A stretch of 64,000 nt of DNA from Scenedesmus sp. PABB004 (taxonomy: Eukaryota): NCBI GenBank assembly GCA_014905635.1, contig JABVCE010000021.1, positions 434,001-498,000 on the forward strand. The letters run 5' to 3'. The position numbers were made by a program, and so were the translations under genes. The notes beneath the pieces were generated by a model. The model saw nothing but the letters and a program-made list of their open reading frames with translations, made no database searches and had not been told where the DNA came from. Numbering within the stretch: the first letter of the stretch is position 1; each line of letters begins with the position of its first letter. Below, piece after piece: positions 36,450-50,406 of this stretch.

Positions 36450-37757
36450 CGCGAGCCTACCGCGGCTGGCATGCGCCCCGCCCCGCAGGCCGCCAACCCG
36501 GCCCCCGCGGCCGCCAACGTGGTGCTGGAGGCGCCCAGCGCGGCCGTGGTCGACGCGCACGCCCGGCGAGGCCGCGAGGGCGCCGCCGGAGCGAAGCAGC
36601 ACGCGACGGCCGCACAGGCGCGCCGCGGCGGCGCGCGGGCCCGGGGCTGCGCCGGCGGCGGCGGCGGGCCGCGGGGTGGCTCCCGGGCGCGGCCGGGGCG
36701 CCGCGCCGCGGTCCTGCAGCCGCGCCCAGCGCGCTGCGGCGCCGCCCCGCGCTGACTCGCGCACGCGCTGCGCGCGCCGCCGCGCCCCGCAGGATGGCCG
36801 CGCCCGCTCGGAGGCGACGGACGCTGCGCTGCGCCTGCAGCAGCAGCAGGTCGCGCAGCGCGCGGCGGTGCGGCAGCAGGCCGCCGCGTGGAGCGGCCAG
36901 AGCCTGCAGCAGCAGGTGCAGCGCCACGTCGCGCAGCTGGCGACGCTGGAGGAGCTGCAGGAGCAGCACGCCGCGGCGCACGCGGCCGAGCAGGCGCACC
37001 TCAGCAGGCTGCTAGAGGACGAGGCCGCCGAGGAGGCGGTCGCAGAGTGCGTGGCTCGCGGGCGCGGGGGCGAGGCCAGGCCCGCTGCGGGCGACGCTCC
37101 GGGTCTAGCGCTCACCCCTTTCTCCCCCCGCCGCGCCCCCCACCGCCCGCCGCCGCGCCCCCGGCGCAGGCTCCGCGCGCTGCGCGCGGAGCTCGACCGC
37201 GTGCGCGACGCCGAGGCGGGCACGCTGAGCACGCTGCGGTCGCAGGAGGAGGCGCTGCTGCGCCTCGCGGCGCAGCTCAAGGAGGCGGCGCACAGCGAGA
37301 TCAGCACGCTGCAGGCGACCGAGGGCCGCCTGCTCGGAGTGATCACGAGCAGCGCGGAGCGGCTGCGCAGCATGCACGCCGCCGCGGCGGCGCGCGAGGA
37401 GCTGCAGCACAGCGTCGCGGACAACGCGGCGCGCATCGTGCAGGTCGCGCTCTCCGGCGGCTTCGTGATGTTTGCCGGCAGCGCCGCCGCGAGCGCCGCG
37501 GCCGTGTACGCCGTCACGCGCAGCGGCTTTGGCAGCAGCAGCGCCGGCGGCGCGCGCAGCAGCGCCGCGAGCAGCGGCGGCGGCGCCGCCGGCCCCGCCG
37601 CAGCCCACGGCGGCGGCGGCGGGCGGCTGTCGGGCCGCGGCGCGGGCGTGGTCGCCGCCGCTGCCGCCCACCTGGCGGCTGAGGAGCACGGCAGCGAGCA
37701 GCGCTCGCCGCCTTACCGCTGGCGCCGCTGGCGGCCCAACGCCGAGCGCGGCAGCAG

Positions 37758-37790
<33 letters not shown>

Positions 37791-40700
37791 GCAGCCCGGC
37801 GGCGCGGCCGCCGACGGGCCGCACACGCCGCAGGCGGCGCGCGAGGCGCACCGCGTGCCCGAGGCGTGGCGCGGCAACTGGCGCTCCCAGGCCGTTGAGG
37901 TGCCGGACGGCCTGCCCGGCCTGCCCGAGCTGCCGCGCCACCTCGAAGAGGAGCTGCTCGGCGGCGGCGCGCGCGGGGGCTCCGGCGCGGCGTCGCCGGC
38001 GACGATGCAGGCGCTGCACGCCAAGGCCGTCGAGGCGGCGGCGGCCGCGGCGGCGCTGCACGACCTGCACCAGCAGGACGCGCACGCGGCGGTCAAGTCG
38101 GCCGAGCTCGCGGCGAGCAGCCTCGAGGCGGAGCGGCGCGTGGCCGAGGCGATGCGCACCGAGGCGCTCGCGGCGCAGCGCCTGCTCGAGGTGGAGCGCG
38201 GCGCCAAGGCGGCGGCGGAGGCGCAGGCCGAGGCGCTCGCCGCGCAGGTCGGCCGGCTGCAGGGCGAGCTGGAGGCGCAGCAGCGCGGCGGCGCCGCGCC
38301 GTGGCGCCGCGGCGGCAGCGGCGCCGGCGTGGGCGGGCAGGAGGAGCGCGCGTCCAACAGCGTCGCGCTGAGCCTGGTGCAGAAGCAGCTGCAGGAGGCG
38401 CACGAGCGCCTCGCCGCCGCGACGCGCATGCGCAGCAGCGCCGAGAACGAGCTGCGCGAGCTCACCTGCGCGCTGCAGACGGAGCAGCACCAGGTGGGGG
38501 TGCCGCCGCGCCGCCGGTCCCCGCGCGCGCGCCGCCGTCGTCGCTGCCGCCGCTCACCTCTGCCGCCGCCGCCGCTCACCTCCGCCGCAGTCTGCCGAGA
38601 TTGCGCAGCAGCTGGAGCGCACCGAGGCCGCCATGGCCGAGGTCTCCAGTGAGCTGACCGACCTGCAGCACCAGCTCCAGGCCGAGCGCGCGGCGCACCG
38701 CCAGCACCTCGCGCTCGCGAGCGCCGAGGCCGACGCCGCGGCCGCGCTGATGGCGAGCGAGCACGAGCACACGGTCAGCCAGCTGCGCGAGCAGCAGGCC
38801 GCGCAGCTGAGCAGCCTCGCGCGCCAGGAGCAGCGCCTGGACGCGGAGCTCGCCGAGGCCAAGTCGCAGCTCGCGGCCGCGCTGTCCGACCTGGAGCGCG
38901 AGCGCTCCAGCGGCGGCCAACTGCACCGCCAGGTCGCGCGCCTGCACCACGAGTTTGAGGGCGCACGTGAGCGCCCGCGCGCGCGCGCCGCCGCCGCGGC
39001 GTGCAGGGGCGCGCGGGCCGCCGCCGCCACCGCTGCCCCCCCCTCCTCCCGCCGCTCACGCGCCGCGCCGCCCGCTGCACGACACAGGCACCTCGCTCGA
39101 CGCCGAGCGCGCGCGCGCGCTGGCGCTGGCCGAGGAGCGCAGCCGCCTGGAGGCGGCGCTCGCCGCGGCCGAGTCTGCCGCCGCGGCCGCCGAGGCGCAG
39201 GCGGCCGCCGCGCACGCGGAGGCGCAGGCGGCCGCGGCGCAGGCAGCCGCGGCCGCGGCCGAGGCCGCCGCGGCGCAGGAGCAGCTGGTGGTGGTGCAGG
39301 AGGAGAAGGAGGAGGTGGAGGGGCAGCTGCAGCAGGCGGCGGGCGTGGTGGAGGCGCAGCAGGCGGCGCTGCGCACCAAGGACGCGCAGGTCGGCAAGCT
39401 GCAGGCGGAGGTCGTCCACACACGTGCGCGGCGCCGGCGCGGCGGGCGGGGCCGGGCGCGGCGCAGGGCCGCACGCGGGGCCACGGGGCCGCCGCCGCGC
39501 CACTGAGCGTCGTTGTTGCCGCCGCCGCACGCCCGCAGGCGACGCGCTCGCGCAGGAGCGCGAGCGCGCGGCGCAGCTGGAGACGGCCACGCGCGAGCTG
39601 CACGGCCGCATCTCCAACATGGCCGCGGTGCGCGAGGCCGGCAACCGCGAGCTCAGCGGCCAGCTGGACCGCCTGCGCGGCGCGCTCGCCAAGAGCCGCG
39701 CGAGGCAGGCGGAGTCCATGGAGCAGGTGCGCGCCCGCGCGGCGCTGCGCGCTGCGCCGCCAGCCGCGCTCGCTCATGCCGCCCGCCGCGCGCCGCCAGG
39801 TCAAGGCGTTCCAGAGCGGCTGCGTCGCCGCGCAGCGCCAGCTGGCGGCGGAGCAGGCGGCCAGCGCGCAGGCCAAGGCGGCGGCGGACGACCTGCGCGC
39901 CCGCCTGGCCAACATGCGCGCGACGAGCTCGGCGCACGCGGAGAGCGTGAGCGCCGCCGTGGCCGACGCGCGGAGCCGCCAGGCGGCGGCGCAGGCCGAG
40001 GCCGCCGCCGCGGCCGCCAAGCTGGCGGCGGCGAGCGAGCAGCTCGAGTCGACCAAGCAGCAGCTCGCCACGGAGCGCGCGGCCGCCAAGGATGCGCAGG
40101 CGACGGCGGAGGAGATGCGCCAGCGCCTGGCCAACCTGCGCGCGACGAGCGCGGCCGCCGGCGCGGTGGCGGCCGCGGCGTCCGCCGCGGTGCAACCCGC
40201 CGCGGCGCTCGCGTCGGCTGCCGCGGCGGCCGCCGAGGACGCGGGCCGCGCGCGCGAGGTGGCGTTGCTGCGCCGGCAGGAGGAGGAGCTGCTTGCCGCG
40301 CAGGAGCGCCACGCGGCGGTGATCGCCGCGGAGCGGCGCCAGACGGCGCAGCAGGCGGCGGAGCTGCAGGAGGCCAACAGCCAGCTGGAGGCGCTGAAGA
40401 GCGAGCACCAGGTGCAGCTCGAGGCGATCAAGGCCCGCCTCGCGGCCGCGGAGACGCAGGCCGACCAGGTCGTGCGCGCGGCGGAGGAGGCGCTCGCGGT
40501 GCAGCAGGGGCAGCTGCAGAGCGTGCAGGGCAAGCTCGCGGCGTCGCAGGCGGCCGCGGCGGCGGCGGCGGCGGCCGAGCGCGCCGCGCGCGCCGATGTC
40601 GCGGCGCTGCAGCAGCAGCTCGACGACCACCGCGACGAGGCGCGCGCGCAGAGCGAGGCGGTCGCGGAGGTCAAGGCGCAGCTGATCGCGCTCAAGCAAA

Positions 40701-43700
40701 AGGCGGCGGACAACCGCGAGCAGCTCGAGACGGAGCGCGCCCGCGCGCTGAGCCACGAGGCCGCGGCGGAGCAGCTCAAGGCGCGCCTGGCGAGCGTGGA
40801 GGAGCTGCGCCGCCACCAGGCGCTCGCGCACGGGCAGCAGGTCAATGCGCTGCTGGCGCAGATCAAGGAGGCGCAGTCGCAGGTCGCCGAGGCGGGCGAG
40901 CAGCGCAAGAAGGCCGAGGCCAAGTACAAGACCGCACGTGAGCTGCCGCCTGCCTGGGCACGCAGCGGCCGTCGGCCACGCGCGCGCGCGCAGCGCGCAG
41001 CGCGGCCTCGCCAGCGCCCCACCCCGCCAGCGCCCCGCCAACGCCGCGCCGCTCACAAGCATTGCCGCCCCCGCCCCCGCGCCGCGCGCGCGCGCAGGCG
41101 ACGACATCGAGCGCCGCCAGGCGGAGCTCGCTGCGGCGTACAAGCAGCAGGAGGAGCTCGAGTCGCGCCTCGCGGCGATCTCGCAGTCTGGCGCCGTCGC
41201 GGCGAGCCACCCCATGGTGGGGCAGCTGCAGGCGCAGCTCGCCGCGAGCAGCGCCGACCTCGGCACGGCGGTCGCGGAGCTGAAGGAGCTGGAGCTGCAC
41301 TACCTGGCCGCACGTGAGCGCGGCCGGCGGCGCTGCCGGCGGCGCTGCCCGTCGCCGCGACGGCCGCCGCTACTTTGCGCCGCGCCGCTGCTCACGCCCG
41401 CCGCCGCGCCGCCCCGCCGCCCGTGCGCAGGCGGCGAGCTGGAGGCGTCGGAGGAGCACGGCCAGCAGCTGGTGCTGGCGGTGCAGGCGCTGCAGCAGCG
41501 CCTGGAGGACGCCACGCACGCCGCGCGCGCGCAGGGCGACGCGGCGGCGGAGGAGCAGCGCGTGCTGCAGGCGCAGCTGCGCGAGCAGCAGGCGCAGCTG
41601 GAGCAGGACCGCGCGGCGATCGAGGAGCTGCAGGAGGCGGCGCTCGCGGCGCGCGGCGAGCTCGTCGCGCAGCAGGAGCTCGCGGTGGGGCTGCAGGCGC
41701 AGGCCGCCGAGCTGCACGCGCGCCTGAGCGCGACCGAGGCGGACAAGGCGGCCGCCGAGGCGCGCGCGTCGGAGCTCGCGGGCCAGCTGGGCGAGGCCGA
41801 GGCCGAGATGGCCGCGCTCGCGAGCGCGCAGGCCGAGAGCGAGAGCGTCGCCGCGGCGGTCGCGTCCGACCTCGCCGCTGCGCGCGAGTGGGCGCTCTCC
41901 AACGCCAAGCGCTTTGTGGAGGTGCAGAAGCAGCTCGGCACGTACCAGACCGACCTGCAGGAGACGCAGGAGGACCTGCGGCAGAGCCGCGCGCGGCTGG
42001 AGAGCGCCGAGGCGCAGCACGCCGCGGTGGGGCAGGAGCTCGTCGTCGCGCGCGAGGCGCTCGCCGCGGAGCAGGCGGCGCACGGCGACACGACCGAGCA
42101 GCTCTCGCTCGCGCGCGCCGCGCTGGAGCAGCTCAAGGCGGCCTACCTGGTCGCGCGCGACGAGCTCGAGGCCGAGCGCGCGCACAGCATGAAGCTCGAG
42201 CGCACCGTCGCGGAGCTCAAGGAGCGACTCGCCGGCCTCGCGCGCCTGCGCGACCAGCAGTGCGAGGCGGCGGCCGCGGAGCGCGCGCGCTGGGCGGAGC
42301 AGCTCGCCGCGGGCCGCGCCGAGCAGGAGGCGGCGGCGGGCGCGCTGGAGGCGCTGCAGCGCGACTACTTCGCCGCATGTGCGCGCCGCGCCGCGCCGCC
42401 GCACCGCCGCCGCGCCTTGCGCCCCGGCGCCGCCTCCCCCGTCGCCGGCCGCCGCCCGCTCGCTCACGCGCGCGCCCGCCGCCGCCGTCGCCGCTGCCGC
42501 CGCAGTCGAGCGCCTGGACGAGGAGCAGCAGCGCGCGGCGGGGCTGGAGGACATCGTGGGCCAGCTCGAGTCCAAGATGGTCGAGCTCTCGCAGCTCTCG
42601 CGCGCTGCGATCTCGGCGCCCGCCGCGACGGCGCTCGAGGTCGGCGGCGTCGGCGGCGAGCTCGTCGCGGCGGGCGCGGCGCTGCGCGCGCAGTGGAAGG
42701 ACGCGCGCGCCGCGCTCGCGACGAGCCGCAGCATGGTGGAGGTGCTCGAGGCCGAGTACAAGGCGGCACGTGAGTCGCCGGGACGAGCGCCGCGCGGCGG
42801 CGCCGCCGCCGCAGCCGCCCCCGCGCCGCCGAGCTCGCCGGCGCCCGCTCGGTCGGCAGGCGCGCGTGGCGGGCAGCCGCGCGGCGCCGCGCGCGCACCC
42901 GCGCCCGCGCCCACGCGCCCGCGTGCCGCGCCGCAGGCACCGCGGTGGACGCGGAGCACGACCACATGGCCCAGATTGAGGCCAGCCTGGCCTTCCTGGC
43001 GGAGCGCCTGTCCGCGGCCGAGGCGGCGGGCGAGGGCGAGGCCGCGGCGTACGAGCGCAGCACGTCGGAGCTGCGCGAGCAGCTCGACGCCCAGGCGGCC
43101 GCGCTCGTCGCGAGCCAGCTGCGCATCGGGGCGCTGAAGGACGAGCTCGCGGCGAGCAAGCAGCGGCTGGAGGACGAGCAGAGCAACCAGGCGGCGCTCG
43201 CTGCGCGCGCGGCGTCGCTCGCGGCGCAGGCCGCGGCGGCGGGGCACGGCGTCGACGCGCTGGACGCCGAGGAGGTGTGGCAGCGCCCCGCCGCCGCGGG
43301 CGGTGGCGCGGAGCTCGTCGCCGAGACCAGCGCGCCCGTGTTTGGCGGCGACGCGGCGGCGGCGCCGGCGCAGCAGCAGCAGCAGCCCGCGGCGCCGGCG
43401 CTCACCGGGGCGGCCCACGCACGGCCCGCCGCCGGCGACGCCGACCTGGCGGCGGCCGAGGCGGAGCGGCTGCTGCGCGAGCTCGACGCCGTCCTGGGCG
43501 GCGCGGGCGGCGGCGCGCAGACCGCCGACATGGCGGCCATCCGCGCGCACGTGGAGGCGATGGCGCGGCAGTTTGTGGGCCGGCTCTCGGCGGCGGAGCA
43601 GGAGCTGCGCGCCGTGCGCGGCGTGTGGCAGCAGGCCGAGGCGGAGCTCGCCGAGCTGCGCCGCGGCGGCGCGGCGGGCCGCGGCGCCGCCGCGCCGGCG

Positions 43701-44567
43701 TCGCTGACCGACGTCCTGGCGGACGCGAGCGGCGAGCCCGGCAGCCCGCGCGAGCGGCGCGCGTTCAGCCCCGACGGCGGCGCCTCTGCGGGCGCGTTCT
43801 TTGCCTCTGCCAGCGACTGGTACGCCTCGACGGCGGGCGCCCCCGCCGCCGGCGGGCCACTGGCCAGCGTGCAGGAGGAGGATGAGGAGGACGGGGCGGG
43901 CCAGGAGAAGCAGGGCGCGGCGGCGGCGCGCGAGCCGGCGCCGACCACCGGCGGCGCAGCGCTGCACTCGCGCTGGCTCGCGCAGCTCGCGCCGGCGCGG
44001 CTGCCGGCCAGCGTGTCGGGCGCGGCGCATGCCGCCGCCGACGCCGAGCACGGCCTGCCAGGGCAGCTGGTGGTGGACCTGCCGACGCCCGTGTTTGGCG
44101 GCGCGCTCTCGCCGGCGGCGTTTGAGCCGCCGCGCGGCGAGCACGGCCCCGCCTGCGCCGTGTTCACGACCAGCAGCCCCAAGTTTGGCGGCGGCGGCGT
44201 GGGCCAGCACCCGCCGGGGCTGGTCGTGGGCCTGCAGAGCGGCACGCTGGTGGAGCTGAGCGAGGACGACGGCGCCGGCGCGCCGCGCGGCGCCGGCGGC
44301 GCGGCGCGGGGCCAGGGCCGCGGCGCGCCCGTCGTGGCCGCCGCGGCCGCGCCGCGCGCGCGCGCCGCCGGCCACGCCGGCGAGGCGGACGCGTACGCCG
44401 CCGAGGCGGCCGCCGAGGCGGCGGCGGCGGCCGCCGAGGCTGACGCGGCGCCCGACGTCGCGGCGGTGCAGCAGCGCGTGCAGGCGGGCCTGCGCAGCAG
44501 CGGCAGCGCGACCGTGCGCGTGCGCGTGCGGCCCGCGCCGTCGCCGGCGCCGCCCGCGGACGCCTGA
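36142..44567 (+). CDS. Long coiled-coil protein with a transit-peptide-like N-terminus and hydrophobic segments, multi-exon
   Basis: Extensive E/Q/A/L/R heptad exons with consistent GT-AG junctions; stop TGA at 44565-44567. Confidence 0.75.
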
Positions 44568-45239
44568 TGCTGCTGGCGAGCAGCCACACCGGCAGCACGC
44601 GGCGCGCCGCGCCCGGCGCAGTGATCAGCGAGCAGCCCCGGCTGCACGCGGGGTGGGGCTGGCGGCGCAGGATGGCTGCAGGTTGTGTGCATGCGCGCCG
44701 CAGTGTGCGCGGCGGGGCCCGAGGGCGTTTTGATTGCGCGGAGGTGGGGCGGCGGCCCAGAGCAGAGGGGTGTGCTGCGTCGTCTGTGTTTTTTAGAGAG
44801 GCCGGCGTGCGCATTTGCGTGTTGCGTTGTGTGTACCACCAACCACCAATCAAACCGAGGGGCGCGCCCCTCGCGCGGCCGCCCCGCTGACCGCTGACCG
44901 ACCCTGACCGACTGCATGACTGACTGACCGCAGCGTTTGACCGGCCGCCGGCTGACTGGGGCACCTCTCGCGAACGCTGCCCCGCCGCGCGCGCCGACGC
45001 CGGCCCGCGTGGCGGCGGCGCGCGGCGGGGCTGCCGTGTGTGGCCCCTTGCATCGCAGGACTGTGCGACTGAGCCTGACGTCTGACGGCGACCACCACTC
45101 TGTGTGCCGCGCACGACGCTCGCGGCACGGCCCGGCTGACGACCACGACCAGCACTTGCCACACGGCCGACGGCTGGGCCCGCGCCCGGCCTGTGAACCT
45201 CGGCGGCACCGTGACAACGCGCAACCGCGCCGCCCCCGA

Positions 45240-48093
45240 TCAGTCCTCTGTGAGCGTCTCGACCGCGAGCGCGCCCATGGCCGCGACCGCCGCGGCCACG
45301 GCCTCACCGCCGCCGCGCAGCGCCGCGCCGGTGTCGAGCCAGAGCTTCGCGGACACGTCCTCCGGGTGGCACGTCACGCGGTTGACGTACGCCCCCACCA
45401 CGACCGTCACGCGCGAAAACACCGACACCTGCGGCGCGGCCGCGCAGCGCCGGCGTTGGCCCGCACAGCACCAGCCCGCGTGGAGCAGCGCGGCGCCGGC
45501 GGCGGCGGCTGCAGCGCGCAGCCCGCGCCGTGCGGCGGCGAGCGCGGCGCGCCTTGAGCGGCAGCGCCTCAAACGGCAGGCCCTCGCGGTTGATCACGCC
45601 CGCCGGCAGGCCCTCCAGCCAGGGGCGCAGCCGGAAGCGCGGGCTGTTGAGCAGCAGCTCCTGCCGCGCCTCGCCCGCCGCCGCGCCGGGGGTGCTCGGC
45701 GGCGCGTCCGCAAACGCCGCGGCCGCGGCGGGCGAGTCGTCGCGGGAGACCGTCAGCACCTGCGCCTTGGCGTCCCACGCGCCGACCAGCGGCACGCCCT
45801 GCAGCTCCAGCGTCACGCGCGTCCTGCGCGCGCCGGCGGGCGGGCGCGGCCGGGCGGCCGTTGGCGGCGCCCGCCTACGCGCCCCGTGACCAGCAGCAGC
45901 ACCCGCCCGCGCGCGCGCCCCAAGCACGCCCCCCTCCTGCACAGTTTGTCCCCCCCCCTGGCCCGCGCACTCGCAGCCGAGCTCCGGCAGGTAGAGAGTG
46001 AAAAACTTGTCCCCGCCGACGCCCGTGACGACGCCGGCCGTCACGCGCGGCGCTGCCTTGAGCAGGATGCACAGGTATAGCCGCAGGCTCCCGTCGCTCG
46101 CGAGCCGCGCGGAGAGCTTGGTCTCGTTCGAGTGCGTCGCGATGCGCGACAGCGCCGCGCCGTCGGGCAGGCCGTGCGACGCGAGCATCGCGGCGGCCTC
46201 GGCGGCCGCCGCGGCGGTGGCGGCGGCGGACGCGGACGCGGACGCGCCGTCCCACCGGCGTCGGCGTCGGCGTCGGCGGCGCCGTCGGCGGCGCCGTCAC
46301 CGGCGGCGGCGGCGGCGGCCACGACCGCCGCGCGGCCCGCGCCGCTGCCGGCGCGGGCGCGCCGCGCCGCGCGCCGTCGTCCGGCACCGCCGCGCCCGCG
46401 TCCACGGGCGCCGGCGGCGGCGGCGGCCGCGCCGCGAGCGGCGCGGTCAGCAGGTCGGCGTTGCTGGGCAGGCCGCGCTGCGCGCGCAGCTCGAGCGCCG
46501 CCTGCAGCAGGCGGTGGACGATGATGTCTGGGTAGCGCCTGGGGTTTAGGGGGTGGTGTGCACAGGGTTTAGGGGTCCACACGGTGGCAGGGTCGAGGGG
46601 TTTAGGGGGGTATCAAGGGTTGAGACCTGAAAACCAGGCGCGGGGGCGTGCGGGCGGAGAGGCGCGGGCGCAGCGAGCACGAGCGGCAGCGGGCGCGGCG
46701 GCGCCGGCGGGCAGGCGGCGGGCGGCATGCGCGGCGTTCGCGCGCGCGCGGCGCGGCGCGCGCGCCTGATGGGGCTGGTGAAGTGCGTGTAGAACCCCAC
46801 CGCGAGCGCGTAGTGCACCCAGGCCGCGGGCTCGGGCGCGTCGCCGGTGCAAAAGTACTGCGCGAGCTGCATCGGCTTGATCGCCAGCAGCATCAGCGCC
46901 TGGCCGCGCAGCGCCGGCGGGGGCGGCGGGCGCAGGGGCGGGGGGGGGGGGGGGGGCATGGGCGGGCGCGCGGCGGGCGCGGCGCGAGGTGTCGAGCGCG
47001 CGCGCGCGGTGTCGGGACAGCCTCCGGGGCGCCCAGCCGCCAGCCAGGCGGCGGCGGCGCGGCGGCGGCGGCGCTCACGTCGCGCTGTGCGTCGTCGCGG
47101 CACGCCGCACGCAGCGCGACGAGGCTCGCGGCGAGCGCGCCCGCGGTGCGCGCGTCGACGGCGACGCCGAGCAGCGCGCCCGCGGCCTGCAGCTCCGCCA
47201 TCTTGCGCTCGCTCGGCGGCGGGTGCCGCCTGCGCGCGGGAGGGAGGGTGTCGGGCGAGCGGGCGCGTGCGTCGCGTCGCGTGCGCGAACACGCACCGCC
47301 CCCGGCGCGCGCCGCGCGGCCGCGGCCCCGCCCCGCCTCGCGCGCCCCGCGCGGCGCACCGCAGCAGCGCGTGGCGCGGGAAGGCGTCGGCGATCGCCGC
47401 CGCGACGCGCATGTTTGCCAGCAGCATGTACTCCTCGACCAGGTGGTTGGCCTCGCTCGTGACGTACGGCGACGCCGACACTGGGTTGCCTGGGGCGGCC
47501 GCGCCGGGCGGCGCGGCGCGGGGCGGCGCGGCGCGGTGGCGAGGTGCTCGTGAGGTGGGGGCGGGCCGGCTGGCGGGCAGGCGGCGTGCTGCGCGCCGGC
47601 GCACCGCCGGTGTCGAGCGCGAAGCAGAGGCGCGTGTTGTTCAGCCGCAGCGCGCCCGCCGCAAAGCGCGCCGCGCGCAGGCGCGACGCGACGCCGTGCA
47701 GCGCGAGGCAGTCGCCCGTGATCTGCGGCGGCGCCCCGGCGCGCGGCTTGGCGGCGCGCGGCGCGGCGGGGCGCACGGCGCGGCGGCGCGCGGCGCGCGG
47801 CGCGGCGCGGCGGCGCGCGCCTCGTCCCACGTCGCGCCGTGGTGCAGCGCGACGCCCCAGCGGTCCGGGTCGAAGCATCCGTCGATCATCTGCTGCACCA
47901 TCGGGTACGCGAGCTTGGCGCGGCTGTCGATCACGCTGCGCCCCGCCCACTCGCGCAGGATGGTGCCGTCGGACTCCATCTCCCACACCACGCTGAACGC
48001 GAGGCGCGGCGCGCCGGGCTGCAGGCTGCAGAGCTGCTCGCACAGCAGGCGGGGGAGCATGGGGATGACGCGCTGCACCAGGTAGCTGCGGCC

Positions 48094-48144
<51 letters not shown>

Positions 48145-48964
48145 TGCATCGTGCGTCGTTGTGCGTCGTTGTGCGTCGTGCGCAGTGCGCAGCGCGCGGG
48201 CAGGGCGGCCGGCGGCGCGCGCGGCCGCGGCCGCCGCTCGGCCAGCGCGCCGCGCGCCGTGCGCTCACACGCTGGAGCCGCGCAGCTCCGCCTCCTTGTC
48301 GAGCGCGGTGCCGGGCCGCACAAACGTGGCGACGTCCGCGATGTGCACGCCCATGCGCCAGCGGCCGTTGGCGAGCGGCTGGATGCTGAGCGCATCGTCG
48401 AGGTCGCTGAGGCGGCCGGTCGGCGCCGGCAGCACGACCGTGAGCGGCGCGCGGCGCGCGCGCGGGGCCCTGGCCGCCCCGCCGGCACCGCAGCGCTCGT
48501 GCGCCCGTGTGGGCCCTAAACCCTCTCTCCCTCTCACCGCGCGGTGATGGGGTCGATGCTGAAGACCCGCCAGCCCGTGAAGTCGGCGCGGCCGGCCGCC
48601 TCGGACGCGCTGATGCTCCACGGCACGCGCGGCAGGCACGCGTACACCTGCGCGCGCGCGCGCGGCGCGTGGCGTGTGCGGCGGGCGCGGCGGGCGCCGT
48701 GCGCGGCGTGCGCGGCGGGTGTGCGGCGGGGCTGGGGCGGGCCAGCGGCGGGCCGGCGCCGCTGCGGCGCACATCAAGGCTGAAGTCCTCCTCCCTCAGC
48801 CCCTCGCTCGCCAGCAGCGCCGCGGTGCCGGCCTCGATGTCGCCCGTGGGGCCGAGGCTCTGCGCGACCGCCACAAACGGCAGCGGGCTGCCCGCGGGCC
48901 AGTCGGTGACGCGCGCGGTGACAAACGTGCGGCTCGCCAGGCCGCTCGCGGCGGCCTCAACCCT

Positions 48965-49000
<36 letters not shown>

Positions 49001-49220
49001 GTGAGCACGGCCTGCCGGGCGGCGCGCCGGCGCGCGGGCGCGGCGCTGTCGCGCCGCCGCCCGCACGCACCTGAGCGCCTCGGGCAGCGCTGCGACCGCC
49101 GGCGGCGGCACGAGGCCCCTGGGCAGGCGCGGGTCCAGCGGCACCAGCATGAGGTGACCCGCGTACGCCCCCGCCGCCGCCGCGGCAGCCGCGGCGGCCG
49201 CCGGCGGCGACTGCCCGCCC

Positions 49221-49263
<43 letters not shown>

Positions 49264-49767
49264 TGCTGCCGGCCGCCACCGCCGCCGCCATCGCTGCCTC
49301 GGGCGTGAGCAGCACGCCGACCATGGCCTCGCGCCGGGGCGAGGGCTCCAGGATCGCCACCACCTTGCCTGGGGGCGCGTCGCCGCACGCGTGGGCGGGG
49401 GGGGGGGGGGGGGGGGGGCAGCGGCGGGCACGTGAGCGGCGCGGGCAACCCGCGCGCGGGCCGCGCTGACCCCCGCCCCCGCGTCCCGCGGGCGCCGTGC
49501 GCTGTGCGCGCACCGGTGACGCGCAGGTCCGGGCGCGCCCGGCAGATGCTTTCGAGCGCCGCGAGCGCGCCCTCGGGCGTGCCCGCCGCCTGCCAGGGGC
49601 TCTGCGCCGCCGCCGCCGCGGCGGGGTCGCCGCCGGCGAGCGCGAGCTGCCCGAGCCGCTCCGCCAGGGCGAGCGGGTCGGCGTCGCTGTCCGGCATCAG
49701 CCCCAGCTCCGTCAGCTGCGGCGCGGCCGTGCGGCCGGTCGGCGGCCGCGGGTTGCGACGCGGCCCC

Positions 49768-49809
<42 letters not shown>

Positions 49810-50406
49810 CCCGGCGCTGTGCGCGCTCAGCTCCCGTGAGGGGGGGTGAGCCCCCGCTCACCCGGTCGCGCTCTTTGAAGACGACAAACCAGTCGGGCAG
49901 GCGGAAGGGCAGCACCGCGACCTCGTCGCCCTCGACCGCGCGGTTGTGGTTGACGTCGCCGCGCAGCGTCATGTCGGCGGGCAGGCTGGGCAGGCTCACA
50001 AACGCCTCGCTGCGGTTCGCGGCGTTGAGCCGGAACTTGGCCCTGCGGCGGCGCCGCGGGCGCCGTGGGCGCGCCGTGGGCGCGGCGCTGGGCGCGGCGC
50101 GGGAGGCGGTGTGGGCGCGCCGGCGCACCTGAACACCTGGCCCCGCTTCATCGCCGCCGAGAGCTGCTGCCCCTCCATGTACGCCGGCCACGTGAAGCCG
50201 CGCCCGCCGCCTGCCCGACCGCGCCCGCCGCCGCCGCCGCCCTGCGCCGCGCCGGGGCTGGCGCCGGGCCACTGGCTGTATCGCTGCCGCCCGCCGCCGC
50301 CGCCGCTGCCGCCGCTGCTGTGGCCCTCGCGCCCCCGCGGCCGGCCGCCGGGGGCGGCGCGCGGCGGCGCAGCCACCTCCTCCATGGGCGGCGCCGCGGC
50401 GGCCAT
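45240..50406 (-). CDS. DIS3L2: DIS3-like exonuclease 2 (RNase II/RNB family, SOV-like), multi-exon
   Basis: [100 protein letters not shown]. No N-terminal PIN domain seen. Start could be 50385. Confidence 0.9.
46541..46624 (+). repeat. Degenerate TTTAGGG telomere-like motifs inside a DIS3L2 intron
   Basis: Three GGGTTTAGGG copies plus degenerate GGGTCGAGGG and GGGTTGAG within about 85 bp. Confidence 0.65.

Noticed and set aside
49397..49418. Long G/C homopolymers (also about 411-424, 17081-17111, 46940-46956) as G-quadruplex elements
   Set aside because: Mostly intronic, expected at this composition and of unreliable length; no independent support.
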